Part shown: positions 19,372-28,748 of the stretch, in pieces
Numbering within the stretch: position 1 is the first letter of the stretch
Layout: every line of letters begins with the position of its first letter
Assembly (NCBI GenBank): GCA_034718555.1
Contig: JAYEMW010000359.1
Location: forward strand, 1-43,224
Origin: Thermodesulfobacteriota bacterium
GTDB taxonomy: Bacteria; Desulfobacterota; DSM-4660; Desulfatiglandales; B25-G16
Reading direction: 5' to 3'
Length of the DNA stretch: 43,224 nt
Program-made: the position numbers and the translations under genes
Notes under the pieces: generated by a model
The model's input: only the letters and a program-made list of their open reading frames with translations
Told to the model about the DNA's origin: nothing
Database searches by the model: none

Positions 19372-20646
19372 ATGCTAAGAAGATTCAGCCTGTATGGCTT
19401 TCTAAAAAACCAGCAGTATTATGATTACTTTCTAATACTTGCATTCAGGCAGATGAGACTGTCATATTTCATGATAGGCGCACTTATAGCCTTCAGAGAG
19501 ATTATGATTACCCTAATGGAGATTCCTACAGGGGCAATTGCAGATATTTATGGACGTCGAAGGTCCATGATTTTTAGTTTTGTGAGCTATATCTTGAGCT
19601 TTGCTGTTTTTGGAATATCCGGCGTGTTAGCGATAGAGGGCAAGGTCTCAGAGTGCATTTTGGTACCCTTTTTATTTATTGCAATGATATGTTTTGCCAT
19701 GGGAGATGCTTTTCGAACCGGCACCCACAAGGCAATGATATTTACATGGCTCCGTATACAGGGGCGTGCTGAAGAGAGGACAAGGGTCTATGGGTATACT
19801 CGTTCCTGGAGCAAGATTGGGTCGGCAGTTTCTGTTATTATAGCCAGTGTATTTGTGTTTTTAACAAGCAACTTTATATATGTTTTTTTCCTGGCTATCA
19901 TTCCATACCTCTTTAATATTGTGAATTTGCTTGGGTACCCAAAAGAGCTCGACGATAATAATGATACTACTAATAGTATGAAGGGGATTATAAAGTATCT
20001 AAAAAATGCATTGATGATTTCAATAAAGCAACCTAATTTGAGAAGACTTATATTAGAGTCAATGGGTTTTGAGGGTTTTTTTAAGGCATCGAAGGATTAT
20101 CTGCAACCCATTCTGAAGACAGCCTCCCTTCCATTGACTGCAGCCTTGTTTGCAAATGTTCACCTGACAGTGGAACAAAAGTCTGTATTTCTTATAGGCC
20201 CGATTTTTTTTATACTCTTTATTTTATCTGCCATGGCCAGTCGCAGTGCTTACCGTTTTGCAGGCATGGCAGGTAAGGAGGACAATGCAGCCTGGCTCAT
20301 ATGGGGTATTAGTCTTTTTATATTCCTTGTTCTTCTGCCTGCCATGTATTACAATATCTACTGGATAATGATAGCCGGATTTGTCTTGATGTATATAATT
20401 CAAAATATCTGGAGGCCTCTTTTGATAAGCCGTTTCGGTGAACATTCCCAGGAATCTATGGGAGCGACAATACTCTCAATCGAATCCCAGGCAAAGAGTC
20501 TCTCAACAATGATCATTGCGCCATTACTGGGGTTTACTATTGACATGGCAGGCAGCAATCATATAGGTTCAAGCGAATTTTGGCCTTTAGGCGTTATAGG
20601 TGCCATAATTGCCTCTGTGTTTTTTTTAACCGGTAGGGAAAGATAA
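19372..20646 (+). CDS. MFS transporter
   Basis: EIPTGAIADIYGRRRS motif A; about twelve TM helices. Confidence 0.88.
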   Translation: MLRRFSLYGFLKNQQYYDYFLILAFRQMRLSYFMIGALIAFREIMITLMEIPTGAIADIYGRRRSMIFSFVSYILSFAVFGISGVLAIEGKVSECILVPFLFIAMICFAMGDAFRTGTHKAMIFTWLRIQGRAEERTRVYGYTRSWSKIGSAVSVIIASVFVFLTSNFIYVFFLAIIPYLFNIVNLLGYPKELDDNNDTTNSMKGIIKYLKNALMISIKQPNLRRLILESMGFEGFFKASKDYLQPILKTASLPLTAALFANVHLTVEQKSVFLIGPIFFILFILSAMASRSAYRFAGMAGKEDNAAWLIWGISLFIFLVLLPAMYYNIYWIMIAGFVLMYIIQNIWRPLLISRFGEHSQESMGATILSIESQAKSLSTMIIAPLLGFTIDMAGSNHIGSSEFWPLGVIGAIIASVFFLTGRER

Positions 20647-20679
20647 TATAATTCTTAAGACAAAAAGGAATGACTGTTT

Positions 20680-21537
20680 ATGGAGAGGAAGGGGAAAATA
20701 ATAACTGTTTCTTCAATAATCCTATTATTTTTCATAATAGTTTTGTTAGGGGCAGTAGATTTAGGTAAATTTATAGATCATCCAAAGGTAATTAAAAAAA
20801 ATGATGTTTTATTGAATGCCGACATAGAGGCGAGAAAGGAACTCGAAGAAAAATGGTTGCATGATAAACCCTTAAAAATGGAAAAATCTGAAGATAGGGA
20901 AAAACCTTCCTTTAATCATGATTCTTATGAGGAGAGAAAAAAGAATAATGAACCTGAACATGAGACTGAAAAAAAAATAGACACTGTTCTTTTAAAGTCA
21001 GAAGATTCCAATGAAAATAAAAAGAATGTCCCTGCTGAGGCATTTTCAGAAGAGAAAGACAACACTAAGAGGAAACCTGAAATAAATCAACAGGTTTCAA
21101 CCTACCCATATTCTGTATTGATTTCTACTTTTCGAACTTTTGAAAATGCAAAGAAGGGAATTGGAATTTATAAAAAGAAAGGTTTATTGCCATATTGGGT
21201 GAAGGTTGATCTTGGTGATAGGGGTATCTGGTACAGGGTGTTTACAGGGTTTTTTAAGGATGGCAAAAGCGCAGAGTTATTTATAAAAACAAAGCATATT
21301 GCAGGCGCAAGGGCTAAAAGGACTAAATATGCCGTCCTTGTGGGGAGATATTCATCTGATAAAGAAATAAAAGAACAAAAGGAAAAATTTACAAAATTAG
21401 GTTACTCACCATATGTAATTAACAAAAATAAACAAAGACTTCTTTATATAGGCGCTTTTTTTACTGAAGAGGGCGCCATTGAACAGCGCTCTGAATTGAT
21501 TTCCAGTGGTATACAGTGCCAGGTAGCAGAGAGGTAA
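20680..21537 (+). CDS. SPOR-domain protein (TM anchor, charged linker, two SPOR-like domains)
   Basis: PYSVLISTF, WYRVFTGFF, LYIGAF. Confidence 0.8.
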   Translation: MERKGKIITVSSIILLFFIIVLLGAVDLGKFIDHPKVIKKNDVLLNADIEARKELEEKWLHDKPLKMEKSEDREKPSFNHDSYEERKKNNEPEHETEKKIDTVLLKSEDSNENKKNVPAEAFSEEKDNTKRKPEINQQVSTYPYSVLISTFRTFENAKKGIGIYKKKGLLPYWVKVDLGDRGIWYRVFTGFFKDGKSAELFIKTKHIAGARAKRTKYAVLVGRYSSDKEIKEQKEKFTKLGYSPYVINKNKQRLLYIGAFFTEEGAIEQRSELISSGIQCQVAER

Positions 21538-21586
21538 AATGTATTACATGATTTGAGCTCTTTCCCAAAATGAGTGGGTAAGTTAT

Positions 21587-21622
21587 CCCCCTCCCCTTGT
21601 GGGAGGGGGCAAGGGGGAGGGG
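21587..21622. repeat. G/C-rich REP-like palindrome upstream of the DUF559 gene
   Basis: CCCCTCCCCTTGTGGGAGGGGGCAAGGGGGAGGGG; inverted counterpart at 21974-22009. Confidence 0.65.
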
Positions 21623-21631
21623 AATTAAAAG

Positions 21632-22057
21632 ATGGCTCAATTCCTAATAAAAACAGCTAAAGCTCTCAGAAAGAGATGAACAGATGTAGAGATGTTATTG
21701 TGGAGATGTTTGAGAGCTAAACAAATGGAAGGGCTGAAATTCAGAAGGCAACAGCCAATCGGAAGATATATTGTTGATTTTGTTTGTTTTGAAAAGAAAA
21801 TAATCATTGAAGTCGATGGAGGGCAACACTCGGTAGAAACAAAGAAAGATACGGAAAGAGATGAATGGCTTAGAAGTCAGGGATTCAAAGTTCTCAGATT
21901 TTGGAATAATGAAGTGTTAACCGATACTCAAGGTGTTTTAGAGGCGGTACGGATAAACTGTTTGTCACACTCTCACCCTCCCCTTAATCCCCTCCCATCA
22001 AGGGAGGGGAAAGAAAGAGAGAGACTTCCATCAAGAGAGAGAAATTTACCCATTTGA
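21632..22057 (+). pseudogene. DUF559 (Vsr-like) endonuclease with in-frame TGA at codon 16
   Basis: MAQFLIKTAKALRKR*TDVEMLLW...KFRRQQPIGRYIVDF...EVDGGQH...VLRFWNNEV; TGA at 21677-21679. Confidence 0.8.
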
Positions 22058-22121
22058 AACGGGAAGGAACCATAATTTCTTAACAGGACTTGAAGATATT
22101 ATTTTAAGGATACGATGGAAA

Positions 22122-23084
22122 ATGAATATTATTGTTTTAGATGGATATACACTAAATCCTGGCGATAACCCCTGGGATGAGGTTGAGAAACTTGGCAACC
22201 TGATAACATACGATCGCACAGACCCTCATCAGATTTTAGAGAGGGCTCTTGGCGCAGATATTATAATTACCAACAAAGTTCCACTCTTTACTGAAACCTT
22301 GGAGCAATTGCAAAGGCTTAGCTTTATATCAGTAACAGCAACCGGTTATAATATTGTAGACACTCTAACAGCCCGTAAGCGAGGTATCCCTGTCTCCAAT
22401 GTTCCGGAATATGGCACAGATTCCGTGGCCCAGTTTGCTTTTGCTTTGCTGTTGGAGCTCTGCCATCATGTTGGCATTCATAGTGATGCAGTGAAAGCAG
22501 GCGATTGGTCTAAATCAAAAGATTGGTGTTTCTGGAAGACTCCTCAGATGCTTTTAACAGGAAAAAAAATGGGCATAGTAGGATTTGGGAGGATAGGTCG
22601 CCGTGTTGGGGAGCTGGCCCATGCCTTTGGCATGGAGGTGATGGCCTATGACCCTCAACAAACTGATCTGCCTGCCTACAAACAGTTTCATTGGAAATCT
22701 AAGGAGGATCTATTTGCAAAGGCGGATATCATTAGCCTGCATTGTGCTCAGACCAATGAAAACGCAGGGTTTGTAAACCATGGTTTAATCAACCTCATGA
22801 AAAAAGACGCATTTTTTATAAATGCAGCTCGCGGTGGATTGGTCAACGAGGGTGATTTAGTTGGAGCATTAAATGATGGGAAAATTGCAGGGGCAGCCTT
22901 AGACGTTTCATCCATTGAACCCATACAGAAGGACAATCCCCTGTTGAACGCCCGCAATTGCCTGATTACCCCCCATATTGCTTGGGCCACTATGGCTGCC
23001 CGTAAGAAATTAATGATTTTGACTGCGAAAAATATCAAGGCATTTATGGAAGGGAGGCCTGTAAATGTAGTAAATGGCCTTTGA
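22122..23084 (+). CDS. D-2-hydroxyacid dehydrogenase (glycerate dehydrogenase-like)
   Basis: LDGYTLNPGD, GFGRIG, INAARG, LDV, TPHIAW. Confidence 0.9.
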   Translation: MNIIVLDGYTLNPGDNPWDEVEKLGNLITYDRTDPHQILERALGADIIITNKVPLFTETLEQLQRLSFISVTATGYNIVDTLTARKRGIPVSNVPEYGTDSVAQFAFALLLELCHHVGIHSDAVKAGDWSKSKDWCFWKTPQMLLTGKKMGIVGFGRIGRRVGELAHAFGMEVMAYDPQQTDLPAYKQFHWKSKEDLFAKADIISLHCAQTNENAGFVNHGLINLMKKDAFFINAARGGLVNEGDLVGALNDGKIAGAALDVSSIEPIQKDNPLLNARNCLITPHIAWATMAARKKLMILTAKNIKAFMEGRPVNVVNGL

Positions 23085-23140
23085 GGATTTTAGCTTTGTA
23101 TTTAATCGTTGGAGACTCGCAAGATTTTTGGCAATCAAGT

Positions 23141-23379
23141 TTGACGGCTTCGTAAAAAGTCGAAAAATACCTTTTTCCGTCATTCCGGCGAAAGCCGGAA
23201 TCCAGTCTTTTCAAGGAGTTACAGATCATCTGGACCCCGGCTTTCGCCGGGGTGACGACTTTTTACGAATTCATCAAGTTTGACAATCTCGCAAAAAGTC
23301 TCGAAATCGTCATCCCGGACCCCGATCCGGGACGGAATGACGGAAAAGAGAGTCTTTCGACTTTTTACGAGTCCATCAA
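23141..23379. mobile_element. Two tandem family R1 MITEs (23141-23277; 23280-23379 internally shortened)
   Basis: Each has TCG(T/C)AAAAAGTC...GACTTTTTACGA TIRs and CGTCAT REP hairpins; the first is flanked by AGTT on both sides. Confidence 0.85.
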
Positions 23380-23410
23380 TTATACTGGGAAATTTAATGG
23401 AGGTGATATT

Positions 23411-24037
23411 ATGGTTGAAGATTTAGTAAAAAAGATAGTGTGGCTGGGGCATGATTGCTTCAGGATTGATTCTGAAAAGACGATTTACTTTGATCCTTAT
23501 GAGATTTCATCAGGGCCTAAGGCAGACCTTATACTGATTACCCATGATCACTTTGATCATTGTTCTCCGGATGATGTGGCAAAGATTCAGGCACCTGATA
23601 CAGTAATTGTCACAGAGAAGAACTCAGCCAAAAAACTATCCGGTGATGTACGGGTTATCAACCCAGGTGAAACACTTGATATAGGAGGTTTACATATCAA
23701 GGCCGTTCCCTCATATAATACGGACAAAGATTTTCATCCAAAGAAAAACGCCTGGTTGGGGTTCATTGTAGATGTAGGAGGGGTAAAGCTCTATCATGCA
23801 GGTGACACTGATTTTATCTCTGAGATGAATGATTTTACCGTGGATATAGCGCTGCTTCCTGTCTCCGGGACCTATGTAATGACGGCTGATCAGGCCGTTC
23901 AAGCCGCACTTGCCATTAATCCTAAAATCGCTATCCCCATGCACTATGGAGCAATAGTTGGGGATAAAAATGATGCCGTCAAGTTTAAAAATGACTTAGA
24001 AGGAAAGGTCGATGTTATAATTTTGGAGAAAAAATAG
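23411..24037 (+). CDS. MBL-fold metallo-hydrolase
   Basis: WLGHDCF, THDHFDH, YHAGDT, IPMHY; start set at ATG 23411 behind GGAGGT. Confidence 0.88.
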   Translation: MVEDLVKKIVWLGHDCFRIDSEKTIYFDPYEISSGPKADLILITHDHFDHCSPDDVAKIQAPDTVIVTEKNSAKKLSGDVRVINPGETLDIGGLHIKAVPSYNTDKDFHPKKNAWLGFIVDVGGVKLYHAGDTDFISEMNDFTVDIALLPVSGTYVMTADQAVQAALAINPKIAIPMHYGAIVGDKNDAVKFKNDLEGKVDVIILEKK

Positions 24038-24055
24038 GAGAATTTTAACTTTATA

Positions 24056-24393
24056 CAGACCTCGTCATTCTTATTATACAAACGACTAAAGATCTTTATA
24101 TCACGCGGGATTGCAAATTAATTGGACATCAGTTCGGTCCGGGCTCAGGGCTCAGGGTTGCATTCCTGCCTGTGCAGTGCATGCAAGCAGGCCTTTAAGT
24201 AGGTAACATATGAAGGCAAGAAGTACATCTCCGGACGAGGCAGGGTTAGTTAAGTACAACATCCTTGAATTAAGCATCTTGGGTTCCAAAGTTTAACGTT
24301 CAGGCTCATGGACTCTGTTTTTAACTATTGAACCTTTGAACCTTTATCCGCCGTTTTTGTGGCGGGCAGAACGCTGAACCCGTGAACGGATAC
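24056..24393. mobile_element. Composite: family R8 end joined to an R3 element
   Basis: 24056-24150 is an inverted near-copy of 25493-25587; 24165-24393 is an inverted near-copy of 27785-28011. Confidence 0.7.
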
Positions 24394-24397
24394 GAAA

Positions 24398-25291
24398 ATG
24401 TATTGGTTTATTATAATAATATGGCCTTTTATCTTTTTAGTGAGTAGTGCATATGGCTATGAGGAAATTAGGACATCTCACTTTATATTTCATTATACCA
24501 TGGAGGATGGAAGATTAGCGAAGTCCTTGATTAATAAAGGCGAGAGTTTCAGGGAGGAAGTTGAGGAGGACCTCGGCATTTATATTAAGGAAAGGATCAG
24601 GGTCTATATTGCTCCATCTTTCAGGGAATATAAAAAAATTCAACCGGCTGCGGGAATACCAATATGGTCAGTGGGTGTTGCCTATCCTGATCTGAGTTTA
24701 ATAATCATTAAGTCCCCAAGGGCCCAAAAAAAAGGGCATATAGATATTGCAAAGGTATTCAAGCACGAACTTACTCACATAATCCTGGGCAGGACATTTA
24801 AAGGGAGGAAAAAGGTTCCTCGATGGCTCCATGAAGGGCTGGCAATGTACATATCAAGGGAATGGAATTTTTCCAGAGTTTCTGTTATGACCAGGGCAGT
24901 TCTAACAAATACTCTTATCCCCCTTTCCAGCATCACCCATAATTTTCCAAGAGAGGCAGAAAGGGCTGCGCTGGCTTATTCAGAAAGCTTTTATCTGATT
25001 TCTTTTCTTATTAGCAAATACGGCAAAGATGATTTTCACCGGTTTATTAAGGCGTATAGCGGAGGAAGCGACCTAAAGAGCGCCCTACTCGGGGTTTATG
25101 GTATCAAATGGGAGGATTTTGAAGGGAACTGGAAAAATTATCTTAAACTAAGATTTAGTTGGATTCCAATATTTACCAGCACTACAACCCTTTGGTTTTT
25201 AGTGACCATGCTTTTTATACTTGGATATCTAAAGAAGAGGAGGTTAAAACGGCTGAAATTTGAAGAGTGGGAAATTGAGGAAAATGATTAG
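24398..25291 (+). CDS. Peptidase MA-type zinc metallopeptidase
   Basis: Signal peptide, HELTH zincin motif, PRWLHEGLA, C-terminal TM helix. Confidence 0.85.
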   Translation: MYWFIIIIWPFIFLVSSAYGYEEIRTSHFIFHYTMEDGRLAKSLINKGESFREEVEEDLGIYIKERIRVYIAPSFREYKKIQPAAGIPIWSVGVAYPDLSLIIIKSPRAQKKGHIDIAKVFKHELTHIILGRTFKGRKKVPRWLHEGLAMYISREWNFSRVSVMTRAVLTNTLIPLSSITHNFPREAERAALAYSESFYLISFLISKYGKDDFHRFIKAYSGGSDLKSALLGVYGIKWEDFEGNWKNYLKLRFSWIPIFTSTTTLWFLVTMLFILGYLKKRRLKRLKFEEWEIEEND

Positions 25292-25294
25292 ATA

Positions 25295-25587
25295 CAGACC
25301 TCGTCATTTATAGCGTATAATGGAGTAATATTTTGGACACAAACCTCTGTTTTTAATCCCGCCTTGGCGGGATTAAAAGGTTCACGGTTCAGAGGTTGAG
25401 CTCTCGTGGTATTAACCCAATGAAGTCAATGGTTAAGGGAAAAAGTGCAAAGCGGTTAACCCTGAACTTTGAATCCCGCTTTCAGCGGGAAACCCTGAAC
25501 CCAGACCGAACTGATGTCCAATTAATTTGCAATCCCGTGGGATATATAGGTCTACAGTCATTTGTATAATGTGAATGACGAGGTCTG
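25295..25587. mobile_element. Family R8 MITE with nested heptad segment and mini-palindromes
   Basis: CAGACCTCGTCATT...AATGACGAGGTCTG 14-bp TIR. Confidence 0.75.
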
Positions 25588-25631
25588 GTTTAAATAAATA
25601 TCTGCTTAAAATTGCAAGGGGAGGCATAGAC

Positions 25632-25838
25632 ATGAAGAAAAATATTGGAAAAAAGGACAGAATTATTAGACTGATTTTGGGAATAATTTTTTTCTTAATA
25701 GGTATTTTTATGAAAGATATTTTAGGCGCTGTAGGTATAATCCTCGGATTAATATTGCTTATTACTGTTTTTACAGGCTACTGCAGCCTATATAAACCTT
25801 TTGGAATTAATACAAACGAGTCAGGAGATGAAAAATAA
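25632..25838 (+). CDS. DUF2892 (YgaP-like) membrane protein
   Basis: MKKNIGKKDRIIR...GYCSLYKPFGINT. Confidence 0.85.
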   Translation: MKKNIGKKDRIIRLILGIIFFLIGIFMKDILGAVGIILGLILLITVFTGYCSLYKPFGINTNESGDEK

Positions 25839-26023
25839 TTCGTAACTGCTCACCGTTCACGGTTCATCGTTCAGGATAAATTTTTACCATCCGCTGCCCT
25901 TGAAAAACATCTCAACGATTCTATTAAAGTTGCACCTGAATCTCTGATATTAATGATACCCATCTAATTATTCCCAATAATTACTTGAACCATTATATTA
26001 TTTTTTGTATACCGTTACTAAAA

Positions 26024-26159
26024 ATGATGGACTCACAAAAAGTCGAAGAATTCTCTTTTCCGTCATTCCGGCGAAAGCCGGAATCCAGTAAGTTCAATAA
26101 CTCTGGATGCCGGATTAAGTCCGGCATGACGATTCCGAGACTTTTTACGAGATTGTCAA
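26024..26159. mobile_element. Family R1 MITE (insert-free counterpart of 969-1166)
   Basis: Same TIRs and the same two REP hairpins; intact GAGACTTTTTACGAG. Confidence 0.85.
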
Positions 26160-26215
26160 TGAAAACTTTGGAATAATTTAGCTATTGAGGAAAGAATAAT
26201 GATGGCCAAAAATGC

Positions 26216-26261
26216 TTGACAAAATAAGATAGAATATCTACTATTGATAATAATTACTAAT
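26216..26261 (+). promoter_or_regulatory. Sigma70 promoter with overlapping Fur/PerR-type box
   Basis: TTGACA-17-TACTAT; 9-1-9 imperfect palindrome ATTGATAAT-A-ATTACTAAT at 26243-26261, upstream of peroxide-defence genes. Confidence 0.7.
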
Positions 26262-26296
26262 CCTAATAAAAACAATTTTTCACCAATTGACAATGA

Positions 26297-26459
26297 TAAG
26301 TGTTCACGAAAAAATAAGTTTGCAATTTCAGGTGTTGAGGCGCCCGTCTGACAAGGCGTGGAAACGCAGGAATATTAGTCATATTCCGAGTTTTCACAAC
26401 GCAGTCAGGCTGTATGTATCAGCGCCTGAAATATGAAGTTATTTTTGAGTGAGCCCTAA
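26297..26459. mobile_element. Family R6 MITE in the putative peroxiredoxin 5' leader
   Basis: Inverted homolog of 14619-14781; TAA on both sides. Confidence 0.8.
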
Positions 26460-26553
26460 GTGTTTAAACATTAAATTAAATCCAGATAAAACAACTTCTG
26501 ATTAAGGATTTAACCTTATTAAATAAAAAATTAACAGAAGGGAGGTGAAGATT

Positions 26554-27264
26554 GTGTCTGAGGAGGAAAATGTAGGTTGTGCAAAACCTACTGGAGGACC
26601 TGTAGGCTCTCCGCCATTGTTTGAGGGTGGAGAAGATAAATCTTTAGAGAAAGAGGAGATAAAAATGATGACCGTTAAAGTAGGAAAAAAGGCACCGGAC
26701 TTTCAGTCGCCGGCTTTTTATGAGGGGGAATTTAAGGATATTAAGCTTTCTGATTATCTCGGAAAATGGGTAGTGCTTTGCTTCTATCCAGGGGATTTTA
26801 CATTCGTTTGACCGACGGAATTGACGGCAGTTGCCGCCAGATACAATGAGATTAAAAATTTGGGAGTTGAGGTCATGTCTATGAGTGTGGACAGTGTGTT
26901 TGTCCACAAGATTTGGCAGGAAGAAGAGCTATCCAAGATGGTTGATGGAGGAGTTCCTTATCCTATGTTATCTGATGGAGGAGGAAAGGTAGGAGAGGTT
27001 TACGGAGTCTATGATGAGGACTCTGGTGTTGATATTCGAGGACGTTTCCTAATAGACCCGGATGGTGTTGTCCAGGCTATGGAGATTTTAACGCCGCCCG
27101 TTGGAAGAAGCGTGGAAGAGTTAATCAGGCAGGTGCAGGCATTTCAGCATGTTCGAAAAACAGGGGCAAAAGAGGTATGTCCCTCAGGCTGGCAGCCAGG
27201 CAAACCAGTCCTGAAACCAGGCCCGGATCTGGTCGGAAAGGTGTGGAAGGTCTGGAAACCATAG
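26554..27264 (+). CDS. prxU: Selenocysteine-containing peroxiredoxin (AhpC/Prx1 type)
   Basis: [15 protein letters not shown] puts UGA (26809-26811) at the peroxidatic Cys; the frame continues to EVCPSGW; GTG start behind GGAGGTG. Confidence 0.92.
26812..26842 (+). promoter_or_regulatory. Putative bacterial SECIS hairpin
   Basis: TGACGGC-AGTT-GCCGCCA stem-loop with a G in the loop, about 17 nt 3' of the UGA. Confidence 0.6.
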
Positions 27265-27341
27265 CGCTTTATTATAAACTCTTGGATTTCCGGTCTAAGA
27301 CATTTACCCGGAAATCCTTTAAAAGATAAAAGGAGAAAAAA

Positions 27342-27716
27342 ATGACAGAAAAACTTCAGATTTATAAGTGTGAAATTTGCGGGAATATTGTAGAGATGCT
27401 TCATGAGGGCAAGGGTGAGCTTGTATGTTGTGGAGAGCCTATGAAGCTTTATGCTGAAAATACAGTGGATGCGGCAAAGGAAAAACATGTGCCTGTGGTA
27501 GAGAAAGTTTCCGGAGGAATTAAGGTAACTGTAGGCAGCGTTTTGCACCCCATGGAAGAGAAACACTATATTGAATGGATTGAGATTATTGCAGATGGGA
27601 AGGCATACAGGCAGTTTTTGAAGCCTGGAGATGTCCCGGAGGCTACATTTAATGTTGATGCACAGGATATTTCAGTTAGGGAGTACTGCAGTCTGCATGG
27701 TCTGTGGAAGGTATAA
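27342..27716 (+). CDS. dfx: Desulfoferrodoxin (superoxide reductase)
   Basis: [10 protein letters not shown]...[31 protein letters not shown]. Confidence 0.95.
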   Translation: MTEKLQIYKCEICGNIVEMLHEGKGELVCCGEPMKLYAENTVDAAKEKHVPVVEKVSGGIKVTVGSVLHPMEEKHYIEWIEIIADGKAYRQFLKPGDVPEATFNVDAQDISVREYCSLHGLWKV

Positions 27717-27784
27717 CCGTGAAAGCTTAATAAAAAGGGGCAGGAGGGTTTTTTTTAAGCTGCTGTTATTAAGGTAAAAAATAG

Positions 27785-28087
27785 GTAACCGTTCACAGGT
27801 TCAGCATTCTGCCCGCCACAAAAACGGCGGATAAAGGTTCAAAGGTTGAATAGCTCAGGACAGAATCCATAAGCCGGAACGTTAAACTTGGGAACCTAAG
27901 AGGCTTAATTTCAGGATGTTGTACTTAACCCATCCGCATCCGTGACGTACTTCTTGTCTTCATTATATATTGCCTACTTAAAGGCTTGTCTGCATGCATC
28001 GCACAGGAAGGCAAAGCAAGCATCAAAGGGTAAGACAGCCCTGAATCCCGCTTTCAGCGGGAAACCTTTTAACCTGTGAACGCTTAC
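27785..28087. mobile_element. Family R3 MITE
   Basis: GTAACCGTTCACAGGTT...AACCTGTGAACGCTTAC; contains three different mini-palindromes. Confidence 0.8.
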
Positions 28088-28108
28088 AAAAAATTTAAGG
28101 AGATAGAA

Positions 28109-28630
28109 ATGTTGAATAAAAAAATGACAGAGGCATTAAATGGGCAAATCAATAAGGAGATATATTCGGCTTATCTTTATCTCTCAATGTCTGCCTATAG
28201 CAGTTTTATTGGATTAAAGGGTTTTGCAAACTGGTTTATGGTCCAGTATAATGAGGAAATGGAGCATGCCATGAAGATTTATAACTATATAGACGGGCAG
28301 GGAGAACAGGTTAAGCTTATGGCGATTGAGCAACCAGCAACAGAGTTTGATTCAGCCCTTGACATGTTTGAGAAGACATTAGAACATGAAAAATTTATCA
28401 CAAAAAGCATCAATGATCTTGTTGATCTCGCCATAGAGGAAAAGGATCATGCGACCAATATCTTTCTGCAGTGGTTTGTCACTGAACAGATAGAGGAAGA
28501 GGGCAATGACAATGATATTATCTCAAAGCTGAAACTTGTTGGAGAAGGTGGAAACGGATTGTTTATGATTGACAGGGAACTGGAGTCAAGGGTATATACG
28601 CCTCCATCCCAAGACTCAGAGGGCTCTTAG
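28109..28630 (+). CDS. ftn: Non-heme ferritin
   Basis: QINKEIYSAYLY, EEMEHAMK, HEKFIT, FLQWFVTEQIEEE; start at ATG 28109. Confidence 0.95.
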   Translation: MLNKKMTEALNGQINKEIYSAYLYLSMSAYSSFIGLKGFANWFMVQYNEEMEHAMKIYNYIDGQGEQVKLMAIEQPATEFDSALDMFEKTLEHEKFITKSINDLVDLAIEEKDHATNIFLQWFVTEQIEEEGNDNDIISKLKLVGEGGNGLFMIDRELESRVYTPPSQDSEGS

Positions 28631-28748
28631 CTATTTAAAGCAAGGGAAGTATTTTATGAATCTCAAAACGGGTATCATGAGGGAATGAAAGGACTTTTTA
28701 CGGGACCATCAAAGTATAGATAAAACACTTTTATAAAGGAGAAGGACA

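Noticed and set aside
21677-21679. TGA in the DUF559 gene as selenocysteine
   Set aside because: Not a Cys position in the family and no clear downstream hairpin; a nonsense mutation is simpler.
23141-23379. Tandem palindromic repeats as a CRISPR array or tRNA/ncRNA
   Set aside because: No regular repeat-spacer period, no cas genes, no cloverleaf; they are dispersed TIR-bounded elements.
23044-23410. ORFs over R1 elements (also 25985-26176, 39566-39886, 39898-40092) and the N-terminal extension of the 23252 ORF
   Set aside because: Translations such as VIPAKAGIQ and LDSGFRRND are repeat-derived; the true MBL start with an RBS is at 23411.
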